A stretch of DNA of 64,000 nucleotides. Source: a virus. A program made the translations under genes and the position numbers. The notes below the pieces were generated by a model, which ran no database searches, was not told where the DNA came from, and saw only the letters and a list, made by a program, of their open reading frames with translations. Below are positions 16,009-25,478 of this stretch, in pieces. Where the stretch lies: IMG/VR virus record IMGVR_UViG_3300045988_166150, positions 32,001 through 96,000 of that record; one strand, 5' to 3'. The stretch's first letter is position 1, and every line of letters starts with the position of its first letter.

Positions 16009-16506
16009 ATGAAAACAAATATGATTGACTTAATGTCAAAAATAAAACAAATGCAAAATGATATTACAGAATTGGGATTAGAGTTAAAATTAAATTCTAC
16101 CAATGAAAAAATAATAGAACTTAATGGAAGTGAACAAATATTAAAAGAAAACAAAGATTTCGATATGAAATTTAACAAATATATTTCTTTATTAGAAAGG
16201 GTTTCTAAATTTCAAGGAATTATCGCTACAAGAAATGCTATGTTAAAATTAAAGAATGGAATGTCAATTCAAGAAGCTCTTATTAGAGTAAAAAATCTTA
16301 GAACAGAATTTGATATTGTCAAAGTTTTAGCAAGCAGAAAACCTTATAAAAAAAGAACAACAGAGACAACAAATTCTTATTTTACAGCTACAGAATTAGC
16401 TTATGATAAAGAAATCATGATAAATAAAAGGGAAGATTTAATTGCCGAAATTCAAGAATTAGAATTTGAAATTAGTCAATTAAATTCACAAGAATTTGAA
16501 GTATAG
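16009..16506 (+). CDS. hypothetical coiled-coil protein
   Basis: ATG at 16009 after AAGGGG. The track start at 16000 is GTG. Confidence 0.5.
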   Translation: MKTNMIDLMSKIKQMQNDITELGLELKLNSTNEKIIELNGSEQILKENKDFDMKFNKYISLLERVSKFQGIIATRNAMLKLKNGMSIQEALIRVKNLRTEFDIVKVLASRKPYKKRTTETTNSYFTATELAYDKEIMINKREDLIAEIQELEFEISQLNSQEFEV

Positions 16507-16647
16507 TTATTAATTTTATTAGTTGTGAGATTTTTCATAGCTAATAATTCATATAAAGAAACATAAGTAGGTTAATGAACATTATCAAATGTAAAATGTA
16601 AATATAATTAAAATCAATAATAAAAAATGTGTAGTAGGTGCTATAAA

Positions 16648-16740
16648 ACAATTTACAAATCAAGACCTTCGAGTCATTTTACAATTTATAAGCGTAATTA
16701 CAATTTATAAGTTATAATTGATTTAATCGGCGATTTAATC
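16648..16740 (+). repeat. iteron-like direct repeats in a 370-bp non-coding region
   Basis: TACAATTTATAAG at 16680-16692 and 16699-16711, a related ACAATTTACAAAT at 16648-16660, and GATTTAATC at 16721-16729 and 16732-16740. Confidence 0.55.
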
Positions 16741-16878
16741 ACGCCTCCAGTTTTTCAGAAATAAAATTTTGAGATGAATTTAAAAAATTTATTTTAACCA
16801 AAAAAGAAATAATCAACAATCTTAATATATGTTAATCTCTTATGTTTCTTATATTTTTATTATAGAAAGGAAATTATT

Positions 16879-17333
16879 ATGTCAAGAAAATTTGAATATG
16901 TATCAACAGTCACAAATCCAGATTTTAGTTTACCAAAGAGAAGCACAAAATATTCAGCAGGATATGATTTTTTTGCACAGAAAGAATAGAAATTCCACCT
17001 TATCATATAGGCGATAATCCATACTTAGTTAAGACAAAAGTTAAGGCTTACATGGAAAATAATGAATATCTTGCTCTTGTTAACCGTAGTTCTAATCCTA
17101 AAAAGAAAAAATTAGTTATTCCAAATGGGATTGGTATAGTGGACGCAGATTATACGGACAACTCTGATAACGAAGGTGAATTAGGATTTTTATTTTATAA
17201 TTTAAGTAACGAACCAGTTGTTCTTGAAAAAGGGGATAAAATTGGTCAAGGAATTTTTCAAAAATATTTAATAACAGATAATGACAATGCCGAAGGCGAA
17301 CGTGTCGGAGGCTTTGGAAGTAGTGGAAAGTAG
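16879..17333 (+). CDS. dut: dUTPase (trimeric type), frame broken at a T7 tract
   Basis: MSRKFEYV..KYSAGYDFF runs in one frame to 16974. CTERIEIPP..GIVDADYT..GDKIGQGIF..RVGGFGSSGK continues in the -1 frame from 16974. The T run is 16968-16974, and 8 T would restore the frame. Confidence 0.8.
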
Positions 17334-17341
17334 GTGTAAAT

Positions 17342-18457
17342 ATGAGAAAATTAGCAAGTATTCAAAAAATAGTAGACATTCAACCAATTGAAGGAGCAGA
17401 CAAAATAGAAAGACTTACTGTATTAGGCTGGCATATTGTTGCAAGTAAAACAGAAAACCATAAAGTTGGAGATTTAGTTGCATATATCGAACCAGATAGT
17501 AAAATGCCTGAAATACCTATGTTTGAATTTCTTCAAAGTAAAAAATATATCGTAAAGACAATTAAGCTTAGAGGGCAAATATCTCAAGGGCTAGTTATTC
17601 CTTTAAGAGAATTAGAAAAGAACTTTAACATAGATATATCTAAACTTAAAGAAGGTGATGATATTACTGATTTATTAGGCATAAAAAAATATGACCCTGA
17701 AGCAGAGGCTGAAAATATGGTGGTTTCAATGGAAAGCAAAAATCCTATTCATAAATTCTTAATGAAATATAAATGGTATAGAAAGTTATATTATAAATTA
17801 AATCCAAAACCTGAAAAAGGATTTCCTAGTTGGGTTAAAAAAACTGATGAAGATAGAATTCAAACAATACCAAATGAATTTCAAGAATATGTTGACAAGA
17901 AAATTTGGTTCGATAGTACTGAAAAACTTGACGGTCAATCTTCTACTTACTTCATTCATAAATATAAAATATTAGGTATAATTCCTAAATATGAATTTGG
18001 AGTATGTTCAAGAAATTTAAGATTAAAGACACCAGATAATTCTTCATATTGGACTATAGCAAGAAAATTAGATATAGAAAATGTTTTAAAATCTTTATTA
18101 AAAAAATATAAAGCTGAGAAAATAGTTATACAAGGCGAAATATGTGGAAGTAAAATCCAAAAAAATAAATACAACATTTCAGGTAATGAATTATTTGTGT
18201 TTAATTTAATAATAGATGGACAAAAATATAGAACAATGGACATAGAAAGAATATTATCTCCTTATGGATTTAAAACTGTACCTATGTTAAATACTAACGT
18301 TGAATTGTTACCAAGTATAGATATGATGGTTGAAGATGCTGAAGGAAAATCTGAAATTTATAATATAGAAAGAGAAGGTAAGGTTTGGAGAAGTATAGAT
18401 AATCAAGTATCTTTCAAGGTTATAAATCCTAAATTTTTATTGAAAAATGATGAATAA
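17342..18457 (+). CDS. ATP-dependent RNA ligase family protein with N-terminal OB-like domain
   Basis: N-terminus MRKLASIQKIVDIQPIEGADKIERLTVLGWHIV, nucleotidyltransferase motif I TEKLDGQS, motif IV-like QGEICG and motif V-like FKVINPKFLLK. Confidence 0.75.
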   Translation: MRKLASIQKIVDIQPIEGADKIERLTVLGWHIVASKTENHKVGDLVAYIEPDSKMPEIPMFEFLQSKKYIVKTIKLRGQISQGLVIPLRELEKNFNIDISKLKEGDDITDLLGIKKYDPEAEAENMVVSMESKNPIHKFLMKYKWYRKLYYKLNPKPEKGFPSWVKKTDEDRIQTIPNEFQEYVDKKIWFDSTEKLDGQSSTYFIHKYKILGIIPKYEFGVCSRNLRLKTPDNSSYWTIARKLDIENVLKSLLKKYKAEKIVIQGEICGSKIQKNKYNISGNELFVFNLIIDGQKYRTMDIERILSPYGFKTVPMLNTNVELLPSIDMMVEDAEGKSEIYNIEREGKVWRSIDNQVSFKVINPKFLLKNDE

Positions 18458-18465
18458 AAAGATTT

Positions 18466-18499
18466 GGCACTAAGATTAAAATATTTTAGTGCCATTTTT
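18466..18499 (+). terminator. intrinsic terminator
   Basis: GGCACTAA (18466-18473) pairs with TTAGTGCC (18486-18493), followed by ATTTTT. Confidence 0.7.
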
Positions 18500-18627
18500 G
18501 TATAGATAGGTCTAGGGCGAATGAGAATCGTCATATACGGGTTTTATATAGACAACAAACAAGTTATATTACTTATAATATAAAACAGTTTTAAAATGAT
18601 TTTAAGACTTAATTTAAGGAGAAAATT

Positions 18628-19011
18628 ATGAAAAATAAAATAATAGTTAAAACTTTAGTAGAAAATAGCATTGATTACTTAAATATAATAGATATATTTA
18701 TGAAATTAAACAATAGCTCAACCTGCCATTCATACTCAAGTTTTGAAACAGCAATCAATATGGGAGCAATAACCAAAGATAACATAGAAATGTGTAAAAA
18801 AAATTTTTATTTTGGTAAAGCATATAACATAGACCATTATAAAGCAAACTTTGTCCCAGAAAATCACATAATCCTAGAGTGTGGGTCTTTTGAAGTATTA
18901 AATGAGGGTGACAGTAAAAACAATGGTAAGAAAGAATATATATTTGATTTACAAGTATCATCAAATTATAAATTAAATAATGAGTTAGGAACGTGGCATT
19001 ATGGAAGATAA
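18628..19011 (+). CDS. hypothetical protein
   Basis: ATG with AAGGAG upstream. Confidence 0.55.
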   Translation: MKNKIIVKTLVENSIDYLNIIDIFMKLNNSSTCHSYSSFETAINMGAITKDNIEMCKKNFYFGKAYNIDHYKANFVPENHIILECGSFEVLNEGDSKNNGKKEYIFDLQVSSNYKLNNELGTWHYGR

Positions 19012-19294
19012 TAGAAAATGTGTGCAATGTGGTTCAAAAAATAAATTATTTCAACTAGAAAGTGGATATTATGTTTGCAAAAAATGTATGGATAAAGTAG
19101 GGAAAGAGCAACTTAAAATACAAAAAGATATTCTAAATTATTTAAAACAATTAGACTTTACCTCACCAAAAGAGCAACTAAATATTTTGGAAGGTATTGC
19201 ATTAAATATTAGATTTAACAATGGACTACTTGATAAGGAATATATGGATAAAATACAAGATGCAAAAGAAAGGATGGATAAAGCTTTTGAGTAA
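19001..19294 (+). CDS. hypothetical zinc-ribbon protein
   Basis: CVQCGSKNK..CKKCMDK. Confidence 0.5.
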   Translation: MEDNRKCVQCGSKNKLFQLESGYYVCKKCMDKVGKEQLKIQKDILNYLKQLDFTSPKEQLNILEGIALNIRFNNGLLDKEYMDKIQDAKERMDKAFE

Positions 19295-19781
19295 AATATT
19301 AATAGCATTAGACGAAAGTACAGTTTCGACAGGGTATTCCGTATTTAAAGATGAGAAATTAATTGATTACGGAGCAATTACACAAAAAAGCAAAAATGTA
19401 TTAGAAAGAATATCAAATATGGTACAAGAGATAGAAGTATTGATACAAAAGTATAAGCCAGACAGTTTGGTCGCTGAAAATATCCAAATAACTTTATCAG
19501 CTCCGACCGCAAAATCTCTTATGGGATTACAATTATTGATTGAACTTCTAGCGTTTAAAAAAGAAATTCCTTGTACTTTGTATAGAACCGCTCATTGGAG
19601 AAAAGTATTAGGATTATCAAATAGCCCTAAAATTAAAAGAGAAGAAAAGAAAAAGGAAGCTATAAAATATGTTGAAGATAAATATGGGATTAAGATAGAT
19701 AAAGATGATGTTTCAGATGCTATTGCTATTGGGACAGCATTTATTATAGAAAGCAGTGATAAAAATGAGAGACACAAATAG
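19260..19781 (+). CDS. ruvC: RuvC-like Holliday junction resolvase (start uncertain: ATG 19260 or TTG 19287)
   Basis: KILIALDESTVSTGYSVF (first catalytic Asp), LVAENIQ (Glu) and DVSDAIAIG (C-terminal Asp) fit the RuvC/RNase H fold pattern. Confidence 0.7.
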   Translation: MQKKGWIKLLSKILIALDESTVSTGYSVFKDEKLIDYGAITQKSKNVLERISNMVQEIEVLIQKYKPDSLVAENIQITLSAPTAKSLMGLQLLIELLAFKKEIPCTLYRTAHWRKVLGLSNSPKIKREEKKKEAIKYVEDKYGIKIDKDDVSDAIAIGTAFIIESSDKNERHK

Positions 19782-19819
19782 GATAAAACCATAGCTGGAG
19801 CAAAGGCAATAAAAAAATA

Positions 19820-19846
19820 AAGGAAGAGAGAAATCCCTTCCTTTTT
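19820..19846. terminator. bidirectional intrinsic terminator at the convergent early/late junction
   Basis: AAGGAAG (19820-19826) pairs with CTTCCTT (19837-19843). T runs flank it on both strands. Confidence 0.65.
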
Positions 19847-19903
19847 ACATATATAACTTTATTACCCTTAAAAATAAAATGGCTTAAATTTGATTTTAAA
19901 AGC

Positions 19904-20086
19904 CTATTTTTCTATGATTTCAAAGAATTTTCCAACTAATTTTTTATCTATTCCTCTTAATTGTAAATCTTCTGAAAATAGTTTGTAAAATTCATCTGTT
20001 TCTGATATTACATCATAAAAACAATCCTTATACCAAATAGGCTTTTTCTCATAAGCTACATTTATTAAAAATTTTAATTGTTTCAT
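19904..20086 (-). CDS. hypothetical protein
   Basis: Last ORF of the late operon, GGAG upstream. Confidence 0.5.
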   Translation of the reverse strand: MKQLKFLINVAYEKKPIWYKDCFYDVISETDEFYKLFSEDLQLRGIDKKLVGKFFEIIEK

Positions 20087-20098
20087 ATAAAATCTCCT

Positions 20099-21271
20099 TT
20101 ATATACTTTCTCGCCAAGTACCATTAATTTTTATATATGGCGCGCCACTTCTCCAAGTTCCATTTATTTTTATGTATACTTCTCCTTCTCGCCAAGTACC
20201 ATTAATTTTAATCCACATTTGATTAGACTTTATAGTTACATTACTAGTTGTTAAATAACTTGTATATTGTCCCCAACTATTTCTTAATCTAACTCTAAAT
20301 TGAATTAAATCATTATTTTTTAAGCTTGCATTAGAATAAGTATAAGAAGTTGAAACACCAGCATAGATTTGAGACCAACCACTCCATGTAGCAGTTATAT
20401 GGTTATAAGTCCTTACTTCTAAATAATAACCAGAAATAGTACCAGTTCCACCAGAGCCACCGCTCCAACTTACAGTAACTGGGTTTCCTTTTTTTATTCT
20501 GGTTGAACTCAATCTATATGAAGTGGGAGCAGTTGGGCTACCAAAAGAAACATTTAATATTGAAGAATAAATCCAACTTGAATTAGAATATTGCCCGTCG
20601 CTAGAACGTATTCTATATTTATATTGTACACCAATATAAGGAGTTTGCCCGCCAATATTTTTATTTCTAATTATTGTATCTTGATAAGAAGCTGGAGATT
20701 GTGCATTTCCTAATCTTACCCAATCAGTCCAACCACCTGAAGATTTTGAAGATTGTACTTCTATATCATATAATAATATTCCTGTACTTCCTGCCGCTGC
20801 TCCACCCCATGTTATCAATGGTCGACCATCTATTCCACAAGGATTTGGAGTAACATTGACCCAAGTAGGAGCACTAGGAGCAGTAAATGCTGGAGCATCT
20901 AGTAAAATATTATATTCATCTTGTGGTGTAACTAATGATACTTGCCCTGGAGCGCCAGTAATATTGAAGTACACACGAATATTATTGGCTTGAGAATTTA
21001 TAGAGTAAGATACTGTTGTAGTTCTACTCATTTCAGCACTTGCTCTCCATGTCTCGCTAGAGCTTTTTATTTCACCAGTTGCACTACCTGTGGTATCTGG
21101 CGTCCATACGTTAAAATATGCATAATATCCTGTACCTAACACTCCGTCAGTATATCTAAAACTACATACTGCGTTTGCAACAACCTGAATATCCGCACCT
21201 TGTCTAAAAGTATCTATATAAATAGTTACATCCATAGTAGGATTAGCAGTTGTATATTTTAATACTTCCAT
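20099..21271 (-). CDS. tail fibre / receptor-binding protein with FN3-like regions and three C-terminal (W/Y)IKINGTWR repeats
   Basis: Ser/Thr/Gly-rich beta-type sequence. The tandem repeat WIKINGTWREGEV-YIKINGTWRSGAP-YIKINGTWRES at the C-terminus (about 20102-20220) resembles short cell-wall-binding repeats. Confidence 0.55.
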   Translation of the reverse strand: MEVLKYTTANPTMDVTIYIDTFRQGADIQVVANAVCSFRYTDGVLGTGYYAYFNVWTPDTTGSATGEIKSSSETWRASAEMSRTTTVSYSINSQANNIRVYFNITGAPGQVSLVTPQDEYNILLDAPAFTAPSAPTWVNVTPNPCGIDGRPLITWGGAAAGSTGILLYDIEVQSSKSSGGWTDWVRLGNAQSPASYQDTIIRNKNIGGQTPYIGVQYKYRIRSSDGQYSNSSWIYSSILNVSFGSPTAPTSYRLSSTRIKKGNPVTVSWSGGSGGTGTISGYYLEVRTYNHITATWSGWSQIYAGVSTSYTYSNASLKNNDLIQFRVRLRNSWGQYTSYLTTSNVTIKSNQMWIKINGTWREGEVYIKINGTWRSGAPYIKINGTWRESI

Positions 21272-21284
21272 TTATATTCACCGC

Positions 21285-22073
21285 CTATTCATATTTGATA
21301 TATATATTTCCATCAAATCCTATATTTTGGTCTGGATTTGAAGTGCCGAAAAATACAAAAGCTTGTTGTACCCAACTTCCCCATTCTCCAGTATATTCAT
21401 AATAATTACGAACATAAGTTCTCATTCCTCTTCCAGCATCAAACACTGTAAATGTTTGCTTTACACCGGCATGCTTTTCAACAAATAAACTAAAAGCCCT
21501 TTGTTCAGGAACATTAGCTATAGTTTCCGCATCATCATTACTGTTATTGTAGTAAAGTCCACATTTTTCTAAAGTATTATATGAATTCAAGTTAGCATTT
21601 CTTGGAATTCTTTGTGGAATATTTAATTTATTGTCTAACGCAGTTTGTGTGGCTCTTGAAATTGGTTTATCTAAGTCCGAAGTATTGTCAACATTTGGTA
21701 ATCCGACTTGTGCTTTATCCATAGTTAAATAAAAGTTACCGTTGTAAAATTTTACATATACTGGTCTATTTGCCATAAGAATATTGTTTTGTATACTTAT
21801 ACCACTAGCAAATAATATCGGCTTAGCAGTATCACCATTTATGGAGATTTTGGCATTTGCTGCATTATTTACTTTTGGTATAAAACATATTAATCCAATT
21901 TTATTCCCTATGGCATTTGTTATTGGAGTTGGAATGCCAGTTATTGTTAAATTATATTGTGTTGCAGTACTAGAACTAGCGACAGTTGCATTTAATACTT
22001 GAGCTGGATTAAATGGGTACATTGGTTCATAACCAGCACTAGTTAGAACATGCATTATTATATTTTTTGCCAT
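21285..22073 (-). CDS. tail fibre-associated protein
   Basis: Position within the fibre cluster. No specific motif recognised. Confidence 0.45.
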   Translation of the reverse strand: MAKNIIMHVLTSAGYEPMYPFNPAQVLNATVASSSTATQYNLTITGIPTPITNAIGNKIGLICFIPKVNNAANAKISINGDTAKPILFASGISIQNNILMANRPVYVKFYNGNFYLTMDKAQVGLPNVDNTSDLDKPISRATQTALDNKLNIPQRIPRNANLNSYNTLEKCGLYYNNSNDDAETIANVPEQRAFSLFVEKHAGVKQTFTVFDAGRGMRTYVRNYYEYTGEWGSWVQQAFVFFGTSNPDQNIGFDGNIYIKYE

Positions 22074-22087
22074 TGCTTTTCTCCTTT

Positions 22088-22501
22088 CTATATATCTAAT
22101 GAAACTTGTTGTAATATATAATTCACTATAATATTATCAACACATTCTTCTATTTTTTCTTTTATAAAATCTTGTGCTATTTGTTCTGCTTCTTTTTTAG
22201 TCATTGAAACATATCCTTCTTCATTTGGATTATGGTCTTGAAAGTAAACCAATTGTTCGTCAACATAAATTAAATATGCGCTTACTATTTTGTAACTACG
22301 ACTATTTATAATATCTTCAGCAGAAACATTATTAATTGGGCTTTTTTTATCCCAAATCTCATATCTAAATCTTTTTGCTTGGGTTTCTGAAATACTATTT
22401 CTGTCAAATCTTGAAATTAATTTATCAATTGTCTTTATATCTATTTCATAACCTTTTGATTTTAAATATTTTAAAATTCTTTCACTATCTACCATTTTCA
22501 T
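22088..22501 (-). CDS. hypothetical protein
   Basis: ATG with GGAGAA upstream. Confidence 0.5.
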   Translation of the reverse strand: MKMVDSERILKYLKSKGYEIDIKTIDKLISRFDRNSISETQAKRFRYEIWDKKSPINNVSAEDIINSRSYKIVSAYLIYVDEQLVYFQDHNPNEEGYVSMTKKEAEQIAQDFIKEKIEECVDNIIVNYILQQVSLDI

Positions 22502-22506
22502 TTCTC

Positions 22507-24090
22507 CTATCTCGCAGTATCAAACTTAAATCTTTCTACATATCCACCAACCATGGGTTGCATTAAATTTATGCCACCTATAGCATATCCATAGTCTGAG
22601 GTTGCTTCACCATTTAAACTATTTCTCGCAAATTGAAGTAAAGATTGATTATCCCAAATATTAGCAGAGGTGTTATATCTAAGAACGGAGTCACTGCTAT
22701 ATAATAAACTATCTAATCCACCAAAAACATATATATATTGACCGTTAACAAAAGATGCTGCATATCCCTTACCTTCAGGCATATCTTTGCCGTTTGACCA
22801 TGTTTTTGTATCTGTATTATAAATATATGTTGTTTTTAAGATATCGTTAGCATTATTGTCCCCGCCTATTACATATATACTGTTACCAATAGCTTGTATA
22901 GCAGGAGAAATAACCAAGGAAGGAATTTCAGTTTCTAGTGACCATGTGTCATTACTTACGTTATATTTATATATTGCTTTTGAAGGATTGTTAGACAGTC
23001 CGCAATTTACATAAGCAGTATTATTACATACTACACCACCGTTTACATTGGCGGTTACTACTGGGAAATTATTTTTTTTTGTCCAAACATTGGTCGTAGG
23101 GTTATAAGAATAAACCGAATTGAAATATTGAACCGTTCCAATCATGGAATTTATACCCCCAATTCTATAGCCAAGCCCACTTAAAGAAAAGCTCATTGCT
23201 CCATCACATATTTCAGGATAATTAGCTTTAATAGACCATGTATTAGTAGTTGTATCATAGGCTTGAGTAAGATTAGTTACTGATAAATCAGCGAGTTGCC
23301 CACCTACTATGTATATTATATTATCAATTATAAAAGAGCTTGAAGCAGTAGTAGAATAAATTTGTGAAGACATGAGTTCCCAAGAAGATAATGATACATC
23401 TTCTCCCTCTGTGACTTCAAACCAAAAATCCCCTGTACTGTAACCATATAAAGGGGCATTTTTTTGTATTGGTGTTCGTGTAGAGGGCATAGGAAAAGCA
23501 ATTGGTTGCCAAGGATAGTGATTTAAGTTAGGAACATGCCCTTTGTTATTATCTATAGCCCACCACATTTTGTTTAAATAAACCACGCAATCATATATCT
23601 TATATTGAACAGTACTATCCCAGTTTCCTCTATAATTAACATTACTTAATCCACCAAATCCTTGAAATCCTTTAATATCATATGCTTGCCAATAATTTAC
23701 ATTTGTTGGCAATGTACCTATTGGTGGTGTACTTGTTGCAAAATAATGTTTACCTTGATATGTAACAAAATTATGAGCATAATATTGTGTCGTAGAACTA
23801 AAAGCTCCTATTTCTTCAGTGTCATCTACTAACTTTTGAAAATCATCTTCTAACTCATCAAGTTTATCATCTATGTCTTTCCCAGGTTGTTCTTCATTTT
23901 TATTAATTCTCTCTATTAATCTGTTTATGTTTTCACTGTTTGTTATTTGGTCGGCAAGTTCAGGATTATTATTTAGTATTTGTTGTGCTAGTTCAACATT
24001 ATTAGCAGACATAGCATTATAATAATCCAAGAATGTACTTTGAGCGCTCAAATGCATATCATCCATTAATTCAAATAAACTTCTACTCAT
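22507..24090 (-). CDS. tail fibre protein with CBM5/12-like segment and Kelch-type beta-propeller
   Basis: Repeated IY(V)xGG ... Y(N/D)xxxxxW units occur about 6 times (IIYIVGGQ, YRIGGIN, IYVIGGDN, IYVFGGLD; YDTTTNTWS, YNPTTNVWT, YNVSNDTWS, YNTDTKTWS, YNTSANIWD). The N-terminal part is paralogous to 24104-24838. Confidence 0.7.
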   Translation of the reverse strand: MSRSLFELMDDMHLSAQSTFLDYYNAMSANNVELAQQILNNNPELADQITNSENINRLIERINKNEEQPGKDIDDKLDELEDDFQKLVDDTEEIGAFSSTTQYYAHNFVTYQGKHYFATSTPPIGTLPTNVNYWQAYDIKGFQGFGGLSNVNYRGNWDSTVQYKIYDCVVYLNKMWWAIDNNKGHVPNLNHYPWQPIAFPMPSTRTPIQKNAPLYGYSTGDFWFEVTEGEDVSLSSWELMSSQIYSTTASSSFIIDNIIYIVGGQLADLSVTNLTQAYDTTTNTWSIKANYPEICDGAMSFSLSGLGYRIGGINSMIGTVQYFNSVYSYNPTTNVWTKKNNFPVVTANVNGGVVCNNTAYVNCGLSNNPSKAIYKYNVSNDTWSLETEIPSLVISPAIQAIGNSIYVIGGDNNANDILKTTYIYNTDTKTWSNGKDMPEGKGYAASFVNGQYIYVFGGLDSLLYSSDSVLRYNTSANIWDNQSLLQFARNSLNGEATSDYGYAIGGINLMQPMVGGYVERFKFDTAR

Positions 24091-24103
24091 TTCATTCTCC
24101 TTT

Positions 24104-24838
24104 CTAAGTAACTTGATACCATTGGTCGCCAGTTACTTGGTCTGTGGGTTGTGTATCTTGAACTGGTATTTGTTTGGCTGGTAATGCAGAAAGCATTATT
24201 TCCCATGCGCTTGAACCTTCAACTGGCAATTGCCCTTGATTAGCTTGTTTTGCAACCCACCATTTACTATTAAATATAACAACATCATTAATATGATATT
24301 GCATTGCACTACTCCAAACCCAAGTGAATGAAAGCCCATCACCAGGTTCTCCTCTTTCGCCCCTAATCGTAAATACTCTCCAGTAATTTGTATCAGTTGG
24401 AGCTGTTCCAGAAGGTGGAGTTTGTGTGCACAAATACAATAATGTACCTTCGGAAGTGGTATAATTGACAAAATTATTTTTTTCATATTGTACACTTGGG
24501 CTATATATACCTTTGAAACTATATTTATTTATAGTTCCTTCCCAAGTAGCTTGTTTATCTGCGATATAATTATATATATCATTTTTGTAAAATCTCTCTA
24601 ATGCTATTAAGGCGTCCCTTATTTGATTATAATCATTTGCATTAAATATTTTTCCACTCAAATAAGGGTTTGAATTTAATAGGTTAGCTGCTGTAACAAA
24701 ATCATTATTAAGTATCGCTACCTGTATTTGACCAACCAATTGTGCATCGGTAGGATTGGTTATATTACTTTTTAATTCGATATTGTCTAAAGCATTAGGA
24801 AAATTTGTAAAATCTAAATCTTGATATAAAGCTGACAT
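24104..24838 (-). CDS. tail fibre protein with two CBM5/12-like aromatic motifs
   Basis: YEKNNFVNY..LYLCTQTPPSGTAPTDTNYWRVF and YHINDVVIFNSKWWVAKQANQG. The N-terminus is similar to that of 22507-24090. Confidence 0.5.
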   Translation of the reverse strand: MSALYQDLDFTNFPNALDNIELKSNITNPTDAQLVGQIQVAILNNDFVTAANLLNSNPYLSGKIFNANDYNQIRDALIALERFYKNDIYNYIADKQATWEGTINKYSFKGIYSPSVQYEKNNFVNYTTSEGTLLYLCTQTPPSGTAPTDTNYWRVFTIRGERGEPGDGLSFTWVWSSAMQYHINDVVIFNSKWWVAKQANQGQLPVEGSSAWEIMLSALPAKQIPVQDTQPTDQVTGDQWYQVT

Positions 24839-24853
24839 ATTATCTCCTTTCTA

Positions 24854-25468
24854 TTATACTATCTCATACCAACCAGAGCCTGCAATTTGAAAATATGGAT
24901 TTAAACTAGTAGGCGTAACTTTTAACTTACAAGCCAATGCACCATTATTTGTTTGAATTCTAATAGCATTCTCATTTGAATTTGGAATTAATTGTATTGT
25001 ATCTTCCTCTTCTGTTAAGTTATAACATAGCCCAGTGCACAATGCATTTTGACCAAATGTAGAACTAGGTACATAGGGAATTCCTACTATTGTTCCATAA
25101 TTATCAGTTCCATTTAAAGCAGTTATTTTCCCAGCTATATAAAAGCTCAAAAAACACAATTTACCAATTCTTTTAAATTTCCCCACTCTTGCAGAATATT
25201 CTATGGTAGGTGTTTTTCCTTCAACTGTGTTTAAAGTCGGTGTCCAATCTCCAGAAACAGGCTCTACGGCGACCAGCCTTGTATCTATATCTGACAAACC
25301 ATTTTCTATGTGATTAAATCTATCTGCGGATAATTGGCTTCCTTCTTGTTCAATAACACCTGGATATGGGGTAAGCGTTATAGAACCGTCTGCATTTGTA
25401 CTAATTAAAAATGTTAAAGGCTTTTCAACTTTTCTATCAATCCATGTTTGTTTTGTATATGCCATTTT
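24854..25468 (-). CDS. tail / baseplate-associated protein
   Basis: ATG at 25468 (MAYTKQTW) with AAAGGAG upstream. Called from position. Confidence 0.45.
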   Translation of the reverse strand, partial: KMAYTKQTWIDRKVEKPLTFLISTNADGSITLTPYPGVIEQEGSQLSADRFNHIENGLSDIDTRLVAVEPVSGDWTPTLNTVEGKTPTIEYSARVGKFKRIGKLCFLSFYIAGKITALNGTDNYGTIVGIPYVPSSTFGQNALCTGLCYNLTEEEDTIQLIPNSNENAIRIQTNNGALACKLKVTPTSLNPYFQIAGSGWYEIV

Positions 25469-25478
25469 ATCTCCTTTC

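Noticed and set aside
16829-17017. ORF 16829-17017(+), 62 aa.
   Set aside because: It overlaps the dUTPase 5' segment in another frame and has no SD. The dUTPase reading, MSRKFEYV.. from ATG 16879, has an SD and family similarity.
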